Assembly (NCBI GenBank): GCA_963798845.1
Contig: CAWCUS010000006.1
Span: forward strand, 512,001-576,000
Origin: an uncultured Gemmatimonadales bacterium
GTDB taxonomy: Bacteria > Gemmatimonadota > Gemmatimonadetes > Longimicrobiales > RSA9
Length of the DNA stretch: 64,000 bases
Reading direction: 5' to 3'
Shown here: positions 52,594-62,552 of the stretch, in pieces
Position numbering within the stretch: position 1 is the first letter of the stretch
Layout of the letters: every line of letters starts with the position of its first letter
Notes under the pieces: generated by a model
The model's database searches: none
What the model saw: only the letters and a program-made list of their open reading frames with translations
Told to the model about the DNA's origin: nothing
Program-made: the position numbers and the translations under genes

Positions 52594-54095
52594 GCCAAGT
52601 CAGCGGCCGGCGGGGAGGTGACCCGCAGCGGGTGTCCGTGGCGGGGCTGGTGTTCGCGTTCACCGCCTTCGCGGCGGCGTTCCTGGCGCACGGCAAGCTG
52701 CTGAATGGCGACGGAGACCTGATCCGGCACCTGGTGATCGGGCGCTACATCCTCGAGCACGGGCCCCGCTTCGCGGACCCGTTCTCCTTCAGCCGGGCCG
52801 GTGCCCCGTTCCTGGCATACGAGTGGCTGAGCCAGGTGGCGCTGGCGGGGGCGAGGGCGGCGGCGGGGCTTCCCGGCGTGGTGGCGCTGGCGTCGCTGCT
52901 GATCGCGTCGGCGACGGCGCTTGTGGTGCGCTACGTCCGGCGCGGCGGCGATCCGTGGCTCGCCACCCTGTCGGGCGCGGGCGCCGCGCTGTTGAGCTAC
53001 CCGTACTGGTACGCCCGGCCGCACCTCTTCAGCTTTCTTGGCGTCGCCTTGCTTCCGCACGTGATGGAGTCGCGCCGGCGCACGGTCTGGCTCGTTCCGC
53101 TGTTCGCGCTCTGGGCCAACCTGCACCCCGGCTTCCTGTACGGGCTGGTGATCGTCGCCGTGTGGACGTTCGGGGAAGCGCTCGACGAGCTGGGCGACGC
53201 CCGGCCCTTCCGGGCGCGCATCCCGGCCATGGCCGCGGCCTTCCTTGCTGCGTTGGCCGCGACGTTCCTCAACCCGTTCGGCTGGCACCTCCATTTCCAT
53301 GCCCTGGCGTGGGCGGGCAGCGAAACGGTCCAGAACATCGCCGAGTTCCAGCCGCTCATCGCCATCAAGCCGGAAGGGCTGGTTTTCATGGCGGTGACCG
53401 GCCTCCTCGTGCTGGGGCTGGCGGCCCAGAAGGAGTGGGTAGGATGGAAGCCGCTGCTCGTAACCGGCGTCGCGTTCTTCGCCGCGCTGGCCGTGACCCG
53501 GAACGTCCCGCTCTTCGGCTTCCTTGCGGTCCCCGTCCTCGGCCGCAGCCTGACTCCCGCGGTTTCGGCGCTGCCTCGCCGCGTGCTCGGGCCGATGCGG
53601 GAGGAATTCGCGCGGTCCGACGCGCCGGGGTGGCGGATCGGGGCGGGGGCCGCCGGGCTTCTGCTCCTGATCCTGGTCGCGGACGGCCGCAGCCCGCGCA
53701 TCAACCTGGTGCCGGACCAGTTCTCCGCCGACGTCTTCCCGGCTGCAGCTGTGGACTACGCCCGGGAGGAGGGGCTCGAAGGGCGTCTGTTTAGCGAATA
53801 CACCTGGGGCGGGTACGTGCTGTACTCCTGGCCGGGGCAGCGGCTGTTCGTGGACAGCATGGCCGACTTCTTCGGCGACGAGCTGGTGAAGGAGTACGGC
53901 GACATCGTGAAGGCGAGGCCGGGGTGGCGGGAGCGGCTGGATGAGCACGGCATCTCGCTGGTGCTGGTGAAGCCGAGCGCGGAGCTGGTCACCGTCCTCC
54001 GAGAGGACCCCGAGTGGCGCGTGGCCCACGAGGACGCAGTGGCCGTGCTCCTGGTGAAGGACCGCGGCGGCCGACGGGCGGATCAGGCGGGCTGA
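52590..54095 (+). CDS. GT-C-fold polytopic membrane protein
   Basis: DGDLIRHL..GRYI, DPFSF, YEWL, RPHLFS, WANLH, NPFG, IAEF and WGGY; coupled to the GT2. Confidence 0.72.
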   Translation: MSQVSGRRGGDPQRVSVAGLVFAFTAFAAAFLAHGKLLNGDGDLIRHLVIGRYILEHGPRFADPFSFSRAGAPFLAYEWLSQVALAGARAAAGLPGVVALASLLIASATALVVRYVRRGGDPWLATLSGAGAALLSYPYWYARPHLFSFLGVALLPHVMESRRRTVWLVPLFALWANLHPGFLYGLVIVAVWTFGEALDELGDARPFRARIPAMAAAFLAALAATFLNPFGWHLHFHALAWAGSETVQNIAEFQPLIAIKPEGLVFMAVTGLLVLGLAAQKEWVGWKPLLVTGVAFFAALAVTRNVPLFGFLAVPVLGRSLTPAVSALPRRVLGPMREEFARSDAPGWRIGAGAAGLLLLILVADGRSPRINLVPDQFSADVFPAAAVDYAREEGLEGRLFSEYTWGGYVLYSWPGQRLFVDSMADFFGDELVKEYGDIVKARPGWRERLDEHGISLVLVKPSAELVTVLREDPEWRVAHEDAVAVLLVKDRGGRRADQAG

Positions 54096-55393
54096 GGGGA
54101 GCTCCGGCCCCGCAGGAAGAGGAAGAGGCTCCAAGCCAGCAGTCCGGCCAGCAGCAGCACGAGGGGCTGGAACCCCGCGGCCGGCGCCAGCCGCCACACC
54201 GGGAAGGCGAAGTACCCCGCTGCCAGCACGAGCCGCTCGCCGGTCCCGGGCACGGCCGACGCCAGCCGCGTCTCCAGCGACAGCGCGACGGGGAGCGCCA
54301 GCAGTCCGGCCTCGTAGTACTGGAGGTGCGGGCTGATGGCCATGTTCGCCAGCACGACCACGGCGAAGAACGCCGGAAAGTGCGGGTCTTCCGGGTCCGT
54401 CCTCCTTGCCCCCCACCACACGAGAGCGACGGCGGCGACAGCGGTCAGGAGCGCCACCGCCGAGCCAGGCCACCCGCCGATCCCGTTCTGCGCCACTGCC
54501 GCGATGGAGAAGTCGAGGCCGCTGGCGATCTCGAGTCCGGCCTGGACACGGATCGCGCCCAGGAGGTGGAGCGGCCACGCCGGTCCGCTCACCAGCGCGC
54601 CCGCCACGTACTGCGCCGCCGCCACCGCGGCGGCCGAGGCCACGGCCTTCCAGTCCCGCCGGGCAACGAGCAGGAGCGCCGGGAGCAGTGCGAACTGCGG
54701 CTTGTAGAGCAGGAGCCCGACGAAAACCCCTGCCGCGACCGACCGTCGCCGGCGCAGACCCCAGAACACCCCCATGAGGAGGAAGAGCGTGAGGACCGTG
54801 TTCTGTCCGCCGAACATGGTAAGGGCCACGGGCAGGTACCCCGCCGCGAGGAGGGCAGCCGTGAGGCCGGTCAGGGGCCGTCCAGTGAGCCGCGGCAGCG
54901 CGTTGCCGCCGAGGATGAGGGTGCCCGCGAAGGCGAGGACCATGGCGAGCGTGAACAGCCGGAATCCCGCCGTGTAGCCGAGCGCCGTCGCCGGCGCGAG
55001 CGCCATCGCCAGTGCCGGCGGGTTGAGGTACCGCTGTCGCCACCGGCGCGGACCCCCGAGCAGGGAGTCCTGCACCTGGCGCTGGACGTCGAAGTCGTAC
55101 AGGCGCTCGCCGTGACCTTCGCGCACGATGGTCCCGCCCACGTGGAACGCCAGGTAGTCACCGGTGCCGGGATCGGGGGCGGCCAGATCAGGCGGCGCGG
55201 CAAGGTGGGCGATGCCGAACGCGCAGATCGCCAGCACCTGGAGCGCGCCGAACAGCGTGAGGATGGGCGGGCGCGTGACGCGGGCGAGCGCCGAAGCGAG
55301 CGGCGAGCCCGCGGGACTGGCGTTACTCAACGGTCGCGCCGGCCGGAGCCGTCCGGGCGTCGCCCCGCCCGCGGGCAGCGAGCCATACCACAT
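54083..55393 (-). CDS. GT87/DUF2029 membrane glycosyltransferase (start uncertain)
   Basis: GDYLAF, LYD, YLNPP, GQ, YKPQF and SPH..YYE. Confidence 0.8.
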   Translation of the reverse strand: MWYGSLPAGGATPGRLRPARPLSNASPAGSPLASALARVTRPPILTLFGALQVLAICAFGIAHLAAPPDLAAPDPGTGDYLAFHVGGTIVREGHGERLYDFDVQRQVQDSLLGGPRRWRQRYLNPPALAMALAPATALGYTAGFRLFTLAMVLAFAGTLILGGNALPRLTGRPLTGLTAALLAAGYLPVALTMFGGQNTVLTLFLLMGVFWGLRRRRSVAAGVFVGLLLYKPQFALLPALLLVARRDWKAVASAAAVAAAQYVAGALVSGPAWPLHLLGAIRVQAGLEIASGLDFSIAAVAQNGIGGWPGSAVALLTAVAAVALVWWGARRTDPEDPHFPAFFAVVVLANMAISPHLQYYEAGLLALPVALSLETRLASAVPGTGERLVLAAGYFAFPVWRLAPAAGFQPLVLLLAGLLAWSLFLFLRGRSSPQPA

Positions 55394-56678
55394 ACCCGAG
55401 CAGCGCGAGCTTGAGGAAGAACGGGATGGCGGGGCGCACCCCCGCCGCGGGGCCGATGGCGGGGGACAGGAGCACGCTACCCGCGGCCAGCATCAACGCC
55501 GCGTATCCGAATCCCCGCGTCGGGTGCTCGTTCCCGGGCAGAATCGTGGGGACGACGAGCAGTGCCAGGTCCTCGGTGAAGGTGACGTGGCTGGCCAGGA
55601 GGAGGTACGCGAGCGTGGCCAACGCCCAGGCGACGGCGGGGGCGAGGCGCCGGCGCACCCCCATGCCGAGCACAGTGGCCAGGGCGGCCAGGAAGGCGGC
55701 GTTGGTGGCGGCGGAGGCCACGGGATCCGGAACGCTCAGGTCCACGGCGAGAAGCGCGCGCAGGTTGCTCATCATCTCCGGGTGGAGCGACCACGCGAAC
55801 GCCCGTCCGGCGCTGACTGTGTCATACGAGCCGAGCAGAGCCAGGTAGTCGCGGGGCCACCCGGTCCCGAGGAAAGGGGTGGCCACCAGGGCGCCGAGGG
55901 CCGCGGCCGCAGCGGCGAGCACCACCGGGCGGGGCCGGCGGGAAGCCAGGAGCGCGACGCCCGCGGCCAGCGCCAGCGGCGGCTTGGCCGTGAGGGCCCA
56001 GAGCACAGCAGCCGTTGCCAGCGTACGCGCCCGGCTCCACTCGCCCGGCGCTGTCGCGGTCACGGACGCGAGGTAGAGCAGCCCCGCTGTGCCGAGGACT
56101 GCAGTCTGCCCCAGCGCCACGGCGCCCATGGCCACGGGCGAGAGGAAGAAGAGGAGCGCGGCCAACGGCGGGACCCCGGATCTTTCGAGCGCCGCGGCGG
56201 TGGCCGCGTATCCGGCCGCAGTCCAGGCCACGTACGCTCCGGCCAGCGAAAGCGGGAACAGCACGGCCAAGAGCCAGAGCATCGTGGGGGAGTACCCGAA
56301 CGGCAGGGCGTGATCCTGCGGACAGCCCGTCCACCACCGCATGAACCCGAGGTGGGCAGCCGGCGTGTACGCCGAGCCCGCCGCGCCCCCGTCGATGGCG
56401 CGGCCGAGGACCGCGCGTGAAAACTGGAGCTGGGAAGCGAAGTCCTGGATCTGCACCACCTCGTCTCCAGCGAGGCGCAGGCCCACCCGGTCCTTGCGCA
56501 GGGTGTCCGCCGCGACCGCGGCCCATGCGGTCGCGACCAGCACGAGGACGATCGCGCGCGGCACCGAAGCGCTCACGTATGCCCGGGAGTCGGGGGAACC
56601 GCGTCGTCGTGGCGCATGAAGGTCAGGGGTGTTCCGACGTGTCAGCATCCTGAACCCCCGCGTCGTCGGCGTCAACAT
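55323..56678 (-). CDS. GT87/DUF2029-like membrane glycosyltransferase (start uncertain)
   Basis: QDF, FGYSPT, LGQT, AKPP and SH...ED. Confidence 0.72.
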   Translation of the reverse strand: MLTPTTRGFRMLTRRNTPDLHAPRRRGSPDSRAYVSASVPRAIVLVLVATAWAAVAADTLRKDRVGLRLAGDEVVQIQDFASQLQFSRAVLGRAIDGGAAGSAYTPAAHLGFMRWWTGCPQDHALPFGYSPTMLWLLAVLFPLSLAGAYVAWTAAGYAATAAALERSGVPPLAALLFFLSPVAMGAVALGQTAVLGTAGLLYLASVTATAPGEWSRARTLATAAVLWALTAKPPLALAAGVALLASRRPRPVVLAAAAAALGALVATPFLGTGWPRDYLALLGSYDTVSAGRAFAWSLHPEMMSNLRALLAVDLSVPDPVASAATNAAFLAALATVLGMGVRRRLAPAVAWALATLAYLLLASHVTFTEDLALLVVPTILPGNEHPTRGFGYAALMLAAGSVLLSPAIGPAAGVRPAIPFFLKLALLGYVVWLAARGRGDARTAPAGATVE

Positions 56679-57172
56679 TCGAGGATCACCCCCATGGAGG
56701 AGGGCCCCGACCGCAGCGTCACGGAACGGGGCCCAGCCGTAGGCGCCGCGCTCGGGCGGCGTGCCCTGGGTGGGCGGGGGTCAGGGCGCGGCGCGCTCGG
56801 CGTCGAACGCGCGGGCGCCGCGGACACCGCTGGCGGCGAGCGGGTAGGTCGATGTCATATCGATGCGGCTCTCCGTGCAGCGGCTGGAGGGAAAGTGTGT
56901 GTCATCGGTGCGTTCTCCATTCACCGTGCGTGCCGCCGGGCTGGACAGGCTGTGATCCCCGCCGTTGCTGGATGATCGGGGCGTGTCCGGTGTCGCGGCG
57001 ACGCGGCGTTGTCCCGCTCCGTGACAGCCGCCGGGCCGCGCCGGCACAACCCGCGGCCTCGCCGCGCGGCGGGCGGGCGGGGCCTCCGCGGGGCCGGCTT
57101 GCGGAGCGGGCGTGAAGCGGCGTAGCGTGGCCCGTCACGTCCGACAGGTCGACTCCCTGAACAGGTCCGTCC

Positions 57173-59860
57173 ATGCGACGCACGCGCCTCCGACTCGCCG
57201 GCCTGGCCCGCGGGCTGCTCCTCGCCGCCGCGCTCGCGGCCGCCGCCCCGGCGGGCGGCCAGGAGCCGGGCGCGGCGTCGTGTCCTGCGCGGGCGGACTC
57301 GCTGGCGGAGGCCGGGTGGACCGCGCTCGGGGCGGGGCGGGTGGACAGCGCGGGAGCGCGCTTCGCCGCCGGCCTCGCGCTGTGTCCGGCGCACGTGCCG
57401 TCGCGCATCGGGCGAGGCTACGTGGCGCTGCGGGAGGGGCGGCTGGAGGCGGCGGACGCGGACTTCGCCGGGGCGGTGGAGGCCGGGCCGGGTCGGGCGG
57501 CGGCCGCGGACGCGCTGGCGGGGCGGGGGCTGGTCGCGTGGCGCAGGGGCGACCTGGACGCGGTGCACGACCTGTTCACGCGGGTGCTGTCGCTGGACCC
57601 GGGGAACGCGGAAGCGGCGCGGTACCTGGCGAGGCTGCCGCGCGGGGTGGGGACGCCGCCGGCGCGGCCGGCGCTGGCGAGGCCGGACACGCTGGAGTAC
57701 CCGGCGAGGGTGCGGGACGGCCGGTTCGAAGTGCGGTCGGGCGGCGGGTGGTCTCCGTTCTACGTGCGCGGGGTCAACCTGGGGGCGGCGCTGCCGGGGC
57801 GTCATCCGAGCGAGTTCCCGGACAGCGCGACGTACGCCGGCTGGATCCGGGAGATGGCGGAGGCGGGGGTGAACGCGGTGCGCGTGTACACGATCCACCC
57901 GGCCTGGTTCTACCGGGCGCTGGCGGCGTGGAACGGGGCGCACCCGGACTCGGCGCTCTGGCTGATCCACGGCGTGTGGACGGAGCTTCCGCCGGGAGAC
58001 GATTTCCGGGACCCGGAGTGGGAAGGCGCGTTCTTCGGCGAGATGGACCGGGTGGTGGACCTGCTGCACGGGCGGGCGGACGTTCGACCCAGCCCGGGTC
58101 ACGCGTCGGGCTTCTACACCGCGGACGTGTCGCGCTGGGTGCTGGCGTACATCATCGGCCGGGAGTGGGAGCCGTACGCGGTGGTGGCGTACAACCGGCT
58201 GCGCGCCGGCGAAGGCGGCTTCGAGGGGCGCTACCTGCGGACGGAGGGCGGGTCTCCCGCGGACGCCTGGATGGCGCGGGCGATGGAGCACATCGTCGCC
58301 TACGAGACGGAGAAGTACGGCGCGCAGCGGCCGGTGGCGTACACCAACTGGCCGACGCTGGACCCGCTGTACCACCCGACGGAGGCGACGGTCGGGGAGG
58401 AGATGGCCATGCGGGCCCTGCTGGGCGAGGACGTGGACACGCCGGTGCGGGAATACGACAGCGACGCCACCGGTCTGGACGCCGCCCTGATGCACGCGAC
58501 GCCCGCGTTCGCAGCCGGCGACTTCGTCAGCTACCACGCCTACCCGTACTACCCGGACTTCATGGTGCTGGACCCCGCCTACAACCGGGCGGAGTCGCCG
58601 TTCGGGCGCTCGAGCTACTACGGCTACCTGGCCGCGCTGAAGGCGCACTACGGGGACATGGCCGTGCTCATCTCGGAGTACGGCGTGCCCGCCAGCCTGG
58701 GCAGCGCGCACCTTCAGCCGCAGGGCTGGCACCAGGGGGCGCTCACGGAAGCGCGGATGGCCGACGCCGACGTGCGGCTCACGCGCGAGATCCGCGCCGC
58801 GGGGATGGCGGGCGGCGTGGTCTTCTCCTGGATCGACGAGTGGTTCAAGAAGAACTGGGTCACCGTGCCGTTCGAGATCCCGCAGGAGCGCAACCGGCTC
58901 TGGTACAACCGGCTGGACGCGGAGCAGCACTACGGGCTGGTGGCGTACGACGCGGCGCCGCCGGTGGCCGGGGCGACGCTGCGGGAGCGGCGGTCGGCGT
59001 GGGACGGCGTGCCGGCGCTGTACGACACGGGGGCCGGCCGGGTGCGGGCGGCGGCGGACGCGGCGTACCTGTGGCTGCTGGTGGAGCCGTCCTCGCCCGC
59101 GGAGCGGCTGGAGCTGGGCTTCGACATCGTGCTGCCGGACAGCGGCACGCACCGGCTGCCCGGGGTGCCCGGCCGGTTCGACGCGGGGCTCGAGCTGGCG
59201 CTCACCCTGGCCGGCGACACGGCCCGCCTCGCGGTGAACCCCGGCTACGACCCGTGGCGCATCCAGGACGTGGCGGCGGGGAGCGCGCACGAGGTGCGGC
59301 CGTTCCCGGACGTGGAGGATCCGCCGCCCGGCGTGTTCAGCGCCCGGGTGGAGCAGGGCTTCGGGCGCCCGATCCGGCCCTTGGACTCGGACTCCGCGGA
59401 CTTCCGGCCGATGCGGGTGGTGACGAACCGGCGCCGCATCACCCGGGACACTGTCGAGTACCTGGCCGCGGGCTACGAGCGCGGGGCCCTGCGGGGCGGG
59501 GCGCCGCCGGACGGGCTGTGGGAGCGGGACGCGGACGGCGCCGTGGAAGTGCGGATCCCGTGGGCGCTGCTGAACTTCACCGACCCCAGCCAGCGCCGGG
59601 CGCTGCTGGATGAGACCGCGTCCGGGGACTTCGGCACGGTGGTGGTCCCGGACATCGGGATCGTCGGAGCGTACCGCCCGGCGGGCGGGGAGTGGCGCCG
59701 CTGGCCGGCCGCCGCCCCGGGCCCGGAGACCGCCCGTTTCAGCTGGCCGACGTGGGAAGAGCCGGCCGCCGTGGCCAGGCCGCGGCCGGCGCTGGACGCC
59801 ATGCGGGCGCTGTTCCGGGAGTGGTCTACGGGAAGCGGATATCCTTCCACGCCGCGCTGA
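57173..59860 (+). CDS. Secreted TPR + clan GH-A-like TIM-barrel glycoside hydrolase (copy 1)
   Basis: Signal peptide, 3-4 TPRs, RGVNLG, NAVRVYT, IIGREWEP, YHAYPYYP, ISEYG, FSWIDEWFK and EQHYGL. Confidence 0.78.
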   Translation: MRRTRLRLAGLARGLLLAAALAAAAPAGGQEPGAASCPARADSLAEAGWTALGAGRVDSAGARFAAGLALCPAHVPSRIGRGYVALREGRLEAADADFAGAVEAGPGRAAAADALAGRGLVAWRRGDLDAVHDLFTRVLSLDPGNAEAARYLARLPRGVGTPPARPALARPDTLEYPARVRDGRFEVRSGGGWSPFYVRGVNLGAALPGRHPSEFPDSATYAGWIREMAEAGVNAVRVYTIHPAWFYRALAAWNGAHPDSALWLIHGVWTELPPGDDFRDPEWEGAFFGEMDRVVDLLHGRADVRPSPGHASGFYTADVSRWVLAYIIGREWEPYAVVAYNRLRAGEGGFEGRYLRTEGGSPADAWMARAMEHIVAYETEKYGAQRPVAYTNWPTLDPLYHPTEATVGEEMAMRALLGEDVDTPVREYDSDATGLDAALMHATPAFAAGDFVSYHAYPYYPDFMVLDPAYNRAESPFGRSSYYGYLAALKAHYGDMAVLISEYGVPASLGSAHLQPQGWHQGALTEARMADADVRLTREIRAAGMAGGVVFSWIDEWFKKNWVTVPFEIPQERNRLWYNRLDAEQHYGLVAYDAAPPVAGATLRERRSAWDGVPALYDTGAGRVRAAADAAYLWLLVEPSSPAERLELGFDIVLPDSGTHRLPGVPGRFDAGLELALTLAGDTARLAVNPGYDPWRIQDVAAGSAHEVRPFPDVEDPPPGVFSARVEQGFGRPIRPLDSDSADFRPMRVVTNRRRITRDTVEYLAAGYERGALRGGAPPDGLWERDADGAVEVRIPWALLNFTDPSQRRALLDETASGDFGTVVVPDIGIVGAYRPAGGEWRRWPAAAPGPETARFSWPTWEEPAAVARPRPALDAMRALFREWSTGSGYPSTPR

Positions 59861-62552
59861 GGGCGGCCACGGCGGGGCGCGGCCGGATCCGCCACTGCGG
59901 CTCCTGCCAGGGCGCCCAGTAGAAGAGCGGCACGTCCTCGCGGAGGCCGGAGCGGGGGAGCGCGGTCCATGCGTCGCCGTCGCGGGTGGCCAGGACCACG
60001 CGGATCCCGGGGACGCGCGTGGTGGAAAGGGGGACGCCCCAGCCGGGGCGGGTGGTGTCCTCGATCACCTGGAGCTGGCTGGGATCGCCCACGCCGAGCA
60101 TCTGCCAGGGGATCCGGAGCTCGAGCACGGAATCGTCCGCTTCCCAGAGGCCGTCGGGCTCGGGGCCGCGGGGCAGGAGCCCCTGGTCGTAGCCGAGCCC
60201 GGCGAGCTCGGTGGAGTCGCGGCCGAACGTCCGCCCGGCGATGAGGAACCGGGGCGAGCCGTAGTCGCCGTCCCGGTTCGCCCGGGAGAGGACGTCCCGG
60301 CCGGGCTCCCTGAGCAGCCGTCCGCGGAAGAGGCCCGGGGGCGGCGAAGCGATGTCGGGGCCGGGATCCAGGAGGCGGGCGTCGGCCGTGGACGGGTCCG
60401 GGGCCACCGTTCGGAACGCGGTGGGCAGGAGCGGCGCGTCCAGGAGCAGGCGGGCCGAGTCGCCGCGGACGCGCACCACGGCTTCCATGCCGACCGGGGC
60501 CGGCGGCGCGCCGGGGTCGGGCCAGGCGAAGTCGCCGCGCGCGGGGTCGACGACGTCGAAGCCCACCATCAGCTCGTCCACCGCCCGGCTGCCTCGCCGG
60601 AAGCGCACGCGCAGGTAGGCCTCGTCGGCGAGAAGCCGGAGCTGGCCGGCCTCCTGGTCGTGGTAGAGCGCGGACACGCCGGCCCACGCGCCCGCTCGCC
60701 CGGCCAGCGTCGCCCCGGGCAGCCGCGGCTCGGGCTCGACCGCGTTCAGGCCGTAGTGCTCCTCCGGGTCCATGCGGTTGTACCAGCGGCGGTCGTCTTC
60801 GGCGGGGGACTCCAGCGCCTTCGTGGACCAGCCGGTCTTGAACCACTCGTCTACCCACTCGAACGCGATGCCGCCCGCCATCCCGGCGGCGGCGATCTCG
60901 CGGGTCATGCGACCGAGCGCGGCCGCGGCGTCCGCTTCCGTCCGGCCGCCCTGGTGCCACCCCTGTGGGCTGAGCTGGGCGACCCCGATCGAGGGCGGGA
61001 GCCCGTACTCGTCCACGAGCACCGGGAGGCCGCCGAAATGGCTCTTGAGGTCGACCAGGTAGCCGTAGAAGCTGGAGCGGCCGAACGGCGACTCGGTGGC
61101 GGCGAGGCCCGGGTCCAGCGCGAGGAAGCGGGGGTAGTACGGGTAGACCTGGTAGGCGGCGAAGAGGCCGGCCGGGAAGCGCCGGGTGGCGACGACGCGC
61201 GACGCGTCGAGGGAGACCACGTCGTCGCCGTCGGCGACGTCGGGCACCACCACGCCCTGCTCCCCGCGGGCGACCCGGATGAGGGCGCTCTCGCGGGTGT
61301 CCGCTTCGGTCGGGTGGTGGAGCGGGTCGTTGGCCGGCCAGTCCGCCCACGCCACGGGCCGCTGGGTCCGGTACGTCTCGGTCTCGTAGCCGGCCACGTG
61401 GTCCACCAGCTTCGTCAGCCACGCTTCCATTGGGGACACGCGGGCGGCCCGGGTGAAGCGGCCGTCCCACCCGGTGAGCTGCGGGTGTCCGCGGTCGAAC
61501 GCGGCCACGGCGGCGGGCTCCCACGGCCGGCCGACGATGTACGCCAGCGTCCACGCCGAGACGTCCGCGGTGTAGAAGCGGGCGGGCAGCCCGGGCCGGC
61601 GGGGCAGGTCGGCGCGGCCGTGGACCGCGTCCACCGTCGAGCGGAGCTCCCTCAGCAGCGCCCCCTCCCACGCCGGGTCGTCGAAGCGGCTTCCGCCGGG
61701 CGGTACCTCCGCCCACGTCCCCTGGATGAGCCGGAGCGGCGATGCGGGGTGGGCCAGGTCGTACGCCCGCAGCGCGCCGTAGAACGCGGGCGGGTGCAGC
61801 GTGTAGACCCGGACCGTGTTGGCGCCCGTGGCGGCCATGCGCTCGATCCAGTCCGCGTACGTGCTGGAGTCCGGGAACTGAGACGGGTGCCGGCCGGGCA
61901 GCGCGGCGCCCAGGTCGATCCCCTTGACGTAGAAAGGCACCCAGCCGGCTGCGGCGCGCAGCGCGAACGTGGAGCCGGCCGCGCGGACCGCGTACTCGAG
62001 CGTGTCGGGCAGGACGAGCGGCGGGCGGACGGGCGCCCGGGCGGGCGCCGTGTCGTCGGGATGGAGGAGCGCCAGGTAGCGGCGGGCCTCGTGGCTGGAC
62101 GGGTCGAGGCGGCGGACTCGCTCGAAGATCGCTTCGGTGCGGGCCAGGTCGTCCTGCCGCCAGGCGACGATGCCCCGCCCGACCAGCGCGTCCACCAGGT
62201 CGGGGCTCCCGTCCAGCACGCGGTCGAAGAGCGCTTCGGCCCGCGGCGTGTTGCCCTCGCGCAGCTCGACGAAGCCCAGGCCGGTGCCGCCGCCCCTGTG
62301 GCGCGGACAGCGCCCCACGGCTTCCTCGAAGTGGCGGCGGGCGGTGGAGAGCTGTCCCGCGTGGTAGTCCTTCCACGCGAGCACCACTTCCGGGTCCGCG
62401 GCGCGCGGGCACATGTACTGCGCGCCCACGCCGGCGTTCACCGCCATCATCGAGCCGAGCAGGATGATGAGGGCGGCCAGGATGAGCGTGCGCTTCAGGA
62501 TGCGCACCGGGACCGGGCCGGCGGCGGCGTCGACGTCTTCGTCCCGGATCAC
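59826..62552 (-). CDS. Secreted TPR + clan GH-A-like glycoside hydrolase (copy 2)
   Basis: Same architecture: KGIDLG, NTVRVYT, IVGRPWEP, YQVYPYYP, VDEYG and FEWVDEWFK. Confidence 0.78.
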   Translation of the reverse strand: MIRDEDVDAAAGPVPVRILKRTLILAALIILLGSMMAVNAGVGAQYMCPRAADPEVVLAWKDYHAGQLSTARRHFEEAVGRCPRHRGGGTGLGFVELREGNTPRAEALFDRVLDGSPDLVDALVGRGIVAWRQDDLARTEAIFERVRRLDPSSHEARRYLALLHPDDTAPARAPVRPPLVLPDTLEYAVRAAGSTFALRAAAGWVPFYVKGIDLGAALPGRHPSQFPDSSTYADWIERMAATGANTVRVYTLHPPAFYGALRAYDLAHPASPLRLIQGTWAEVPPGGSRFDDPAWEGALLRELRSTVDAVHGRADLPRRPGLPARFYTADVSAWTLAYIVGRPWEPAAVAAFDRGHPQLTGWDGRFTRAARVSPMEAWLTKLVDHVAGYETETYRTQRPVAWADWPANDPLHHPTEADTRESALIRVARGEQGVVVPDVADGDDVVSLDASRVVATRRFPAGLFAAYQVYPYYPRFLALDPGLAATESPFGRSSFYGYLVDLKSHFGGLPVLVDEYGLPPSIGVAQLSPQGWHQGGRTEADAAAALGRMTREIAAAGMAGGIAFEWVDEWFKTGWSTKALESPAEDDRRWYNRMDPEEHYGLNAVEPEPRLPGATLAGRAGAWAGVSALYHDQEAGQLRLLADEAYLRVRFRRGSRAVDELMVGFDVVDPARGDFAWPDPGAPPAPVGMEAVVRVRGDSARLLLDAPLLPTAFRTVAPDPSTADARLLDPGPDIASPPPGLFRGRLLREPGRDVLSRANRDGDYGSPRFLIAGRTFGRDSTELAGLGYDQGLLPRGPEPDGLWEADDSVLELRIPWQMLGVGDPSQLQVIEDTTRPGWGVPLSTTRVPGIRVVLATRDGDAWTALPRSGLREDVPLFYWAPWQEPQWRIRPRPAVAALSAAWKDIRFP

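Noticed and set aside
56680..57170. Small ORFs or ncRNA in this divergent gap (also 44345-44730 and 51240-51780)
   Set aside because: No convincing RBS, motif or tRNA-like fold could be seen by eye; an Rfam/Infernal scan would be needed.
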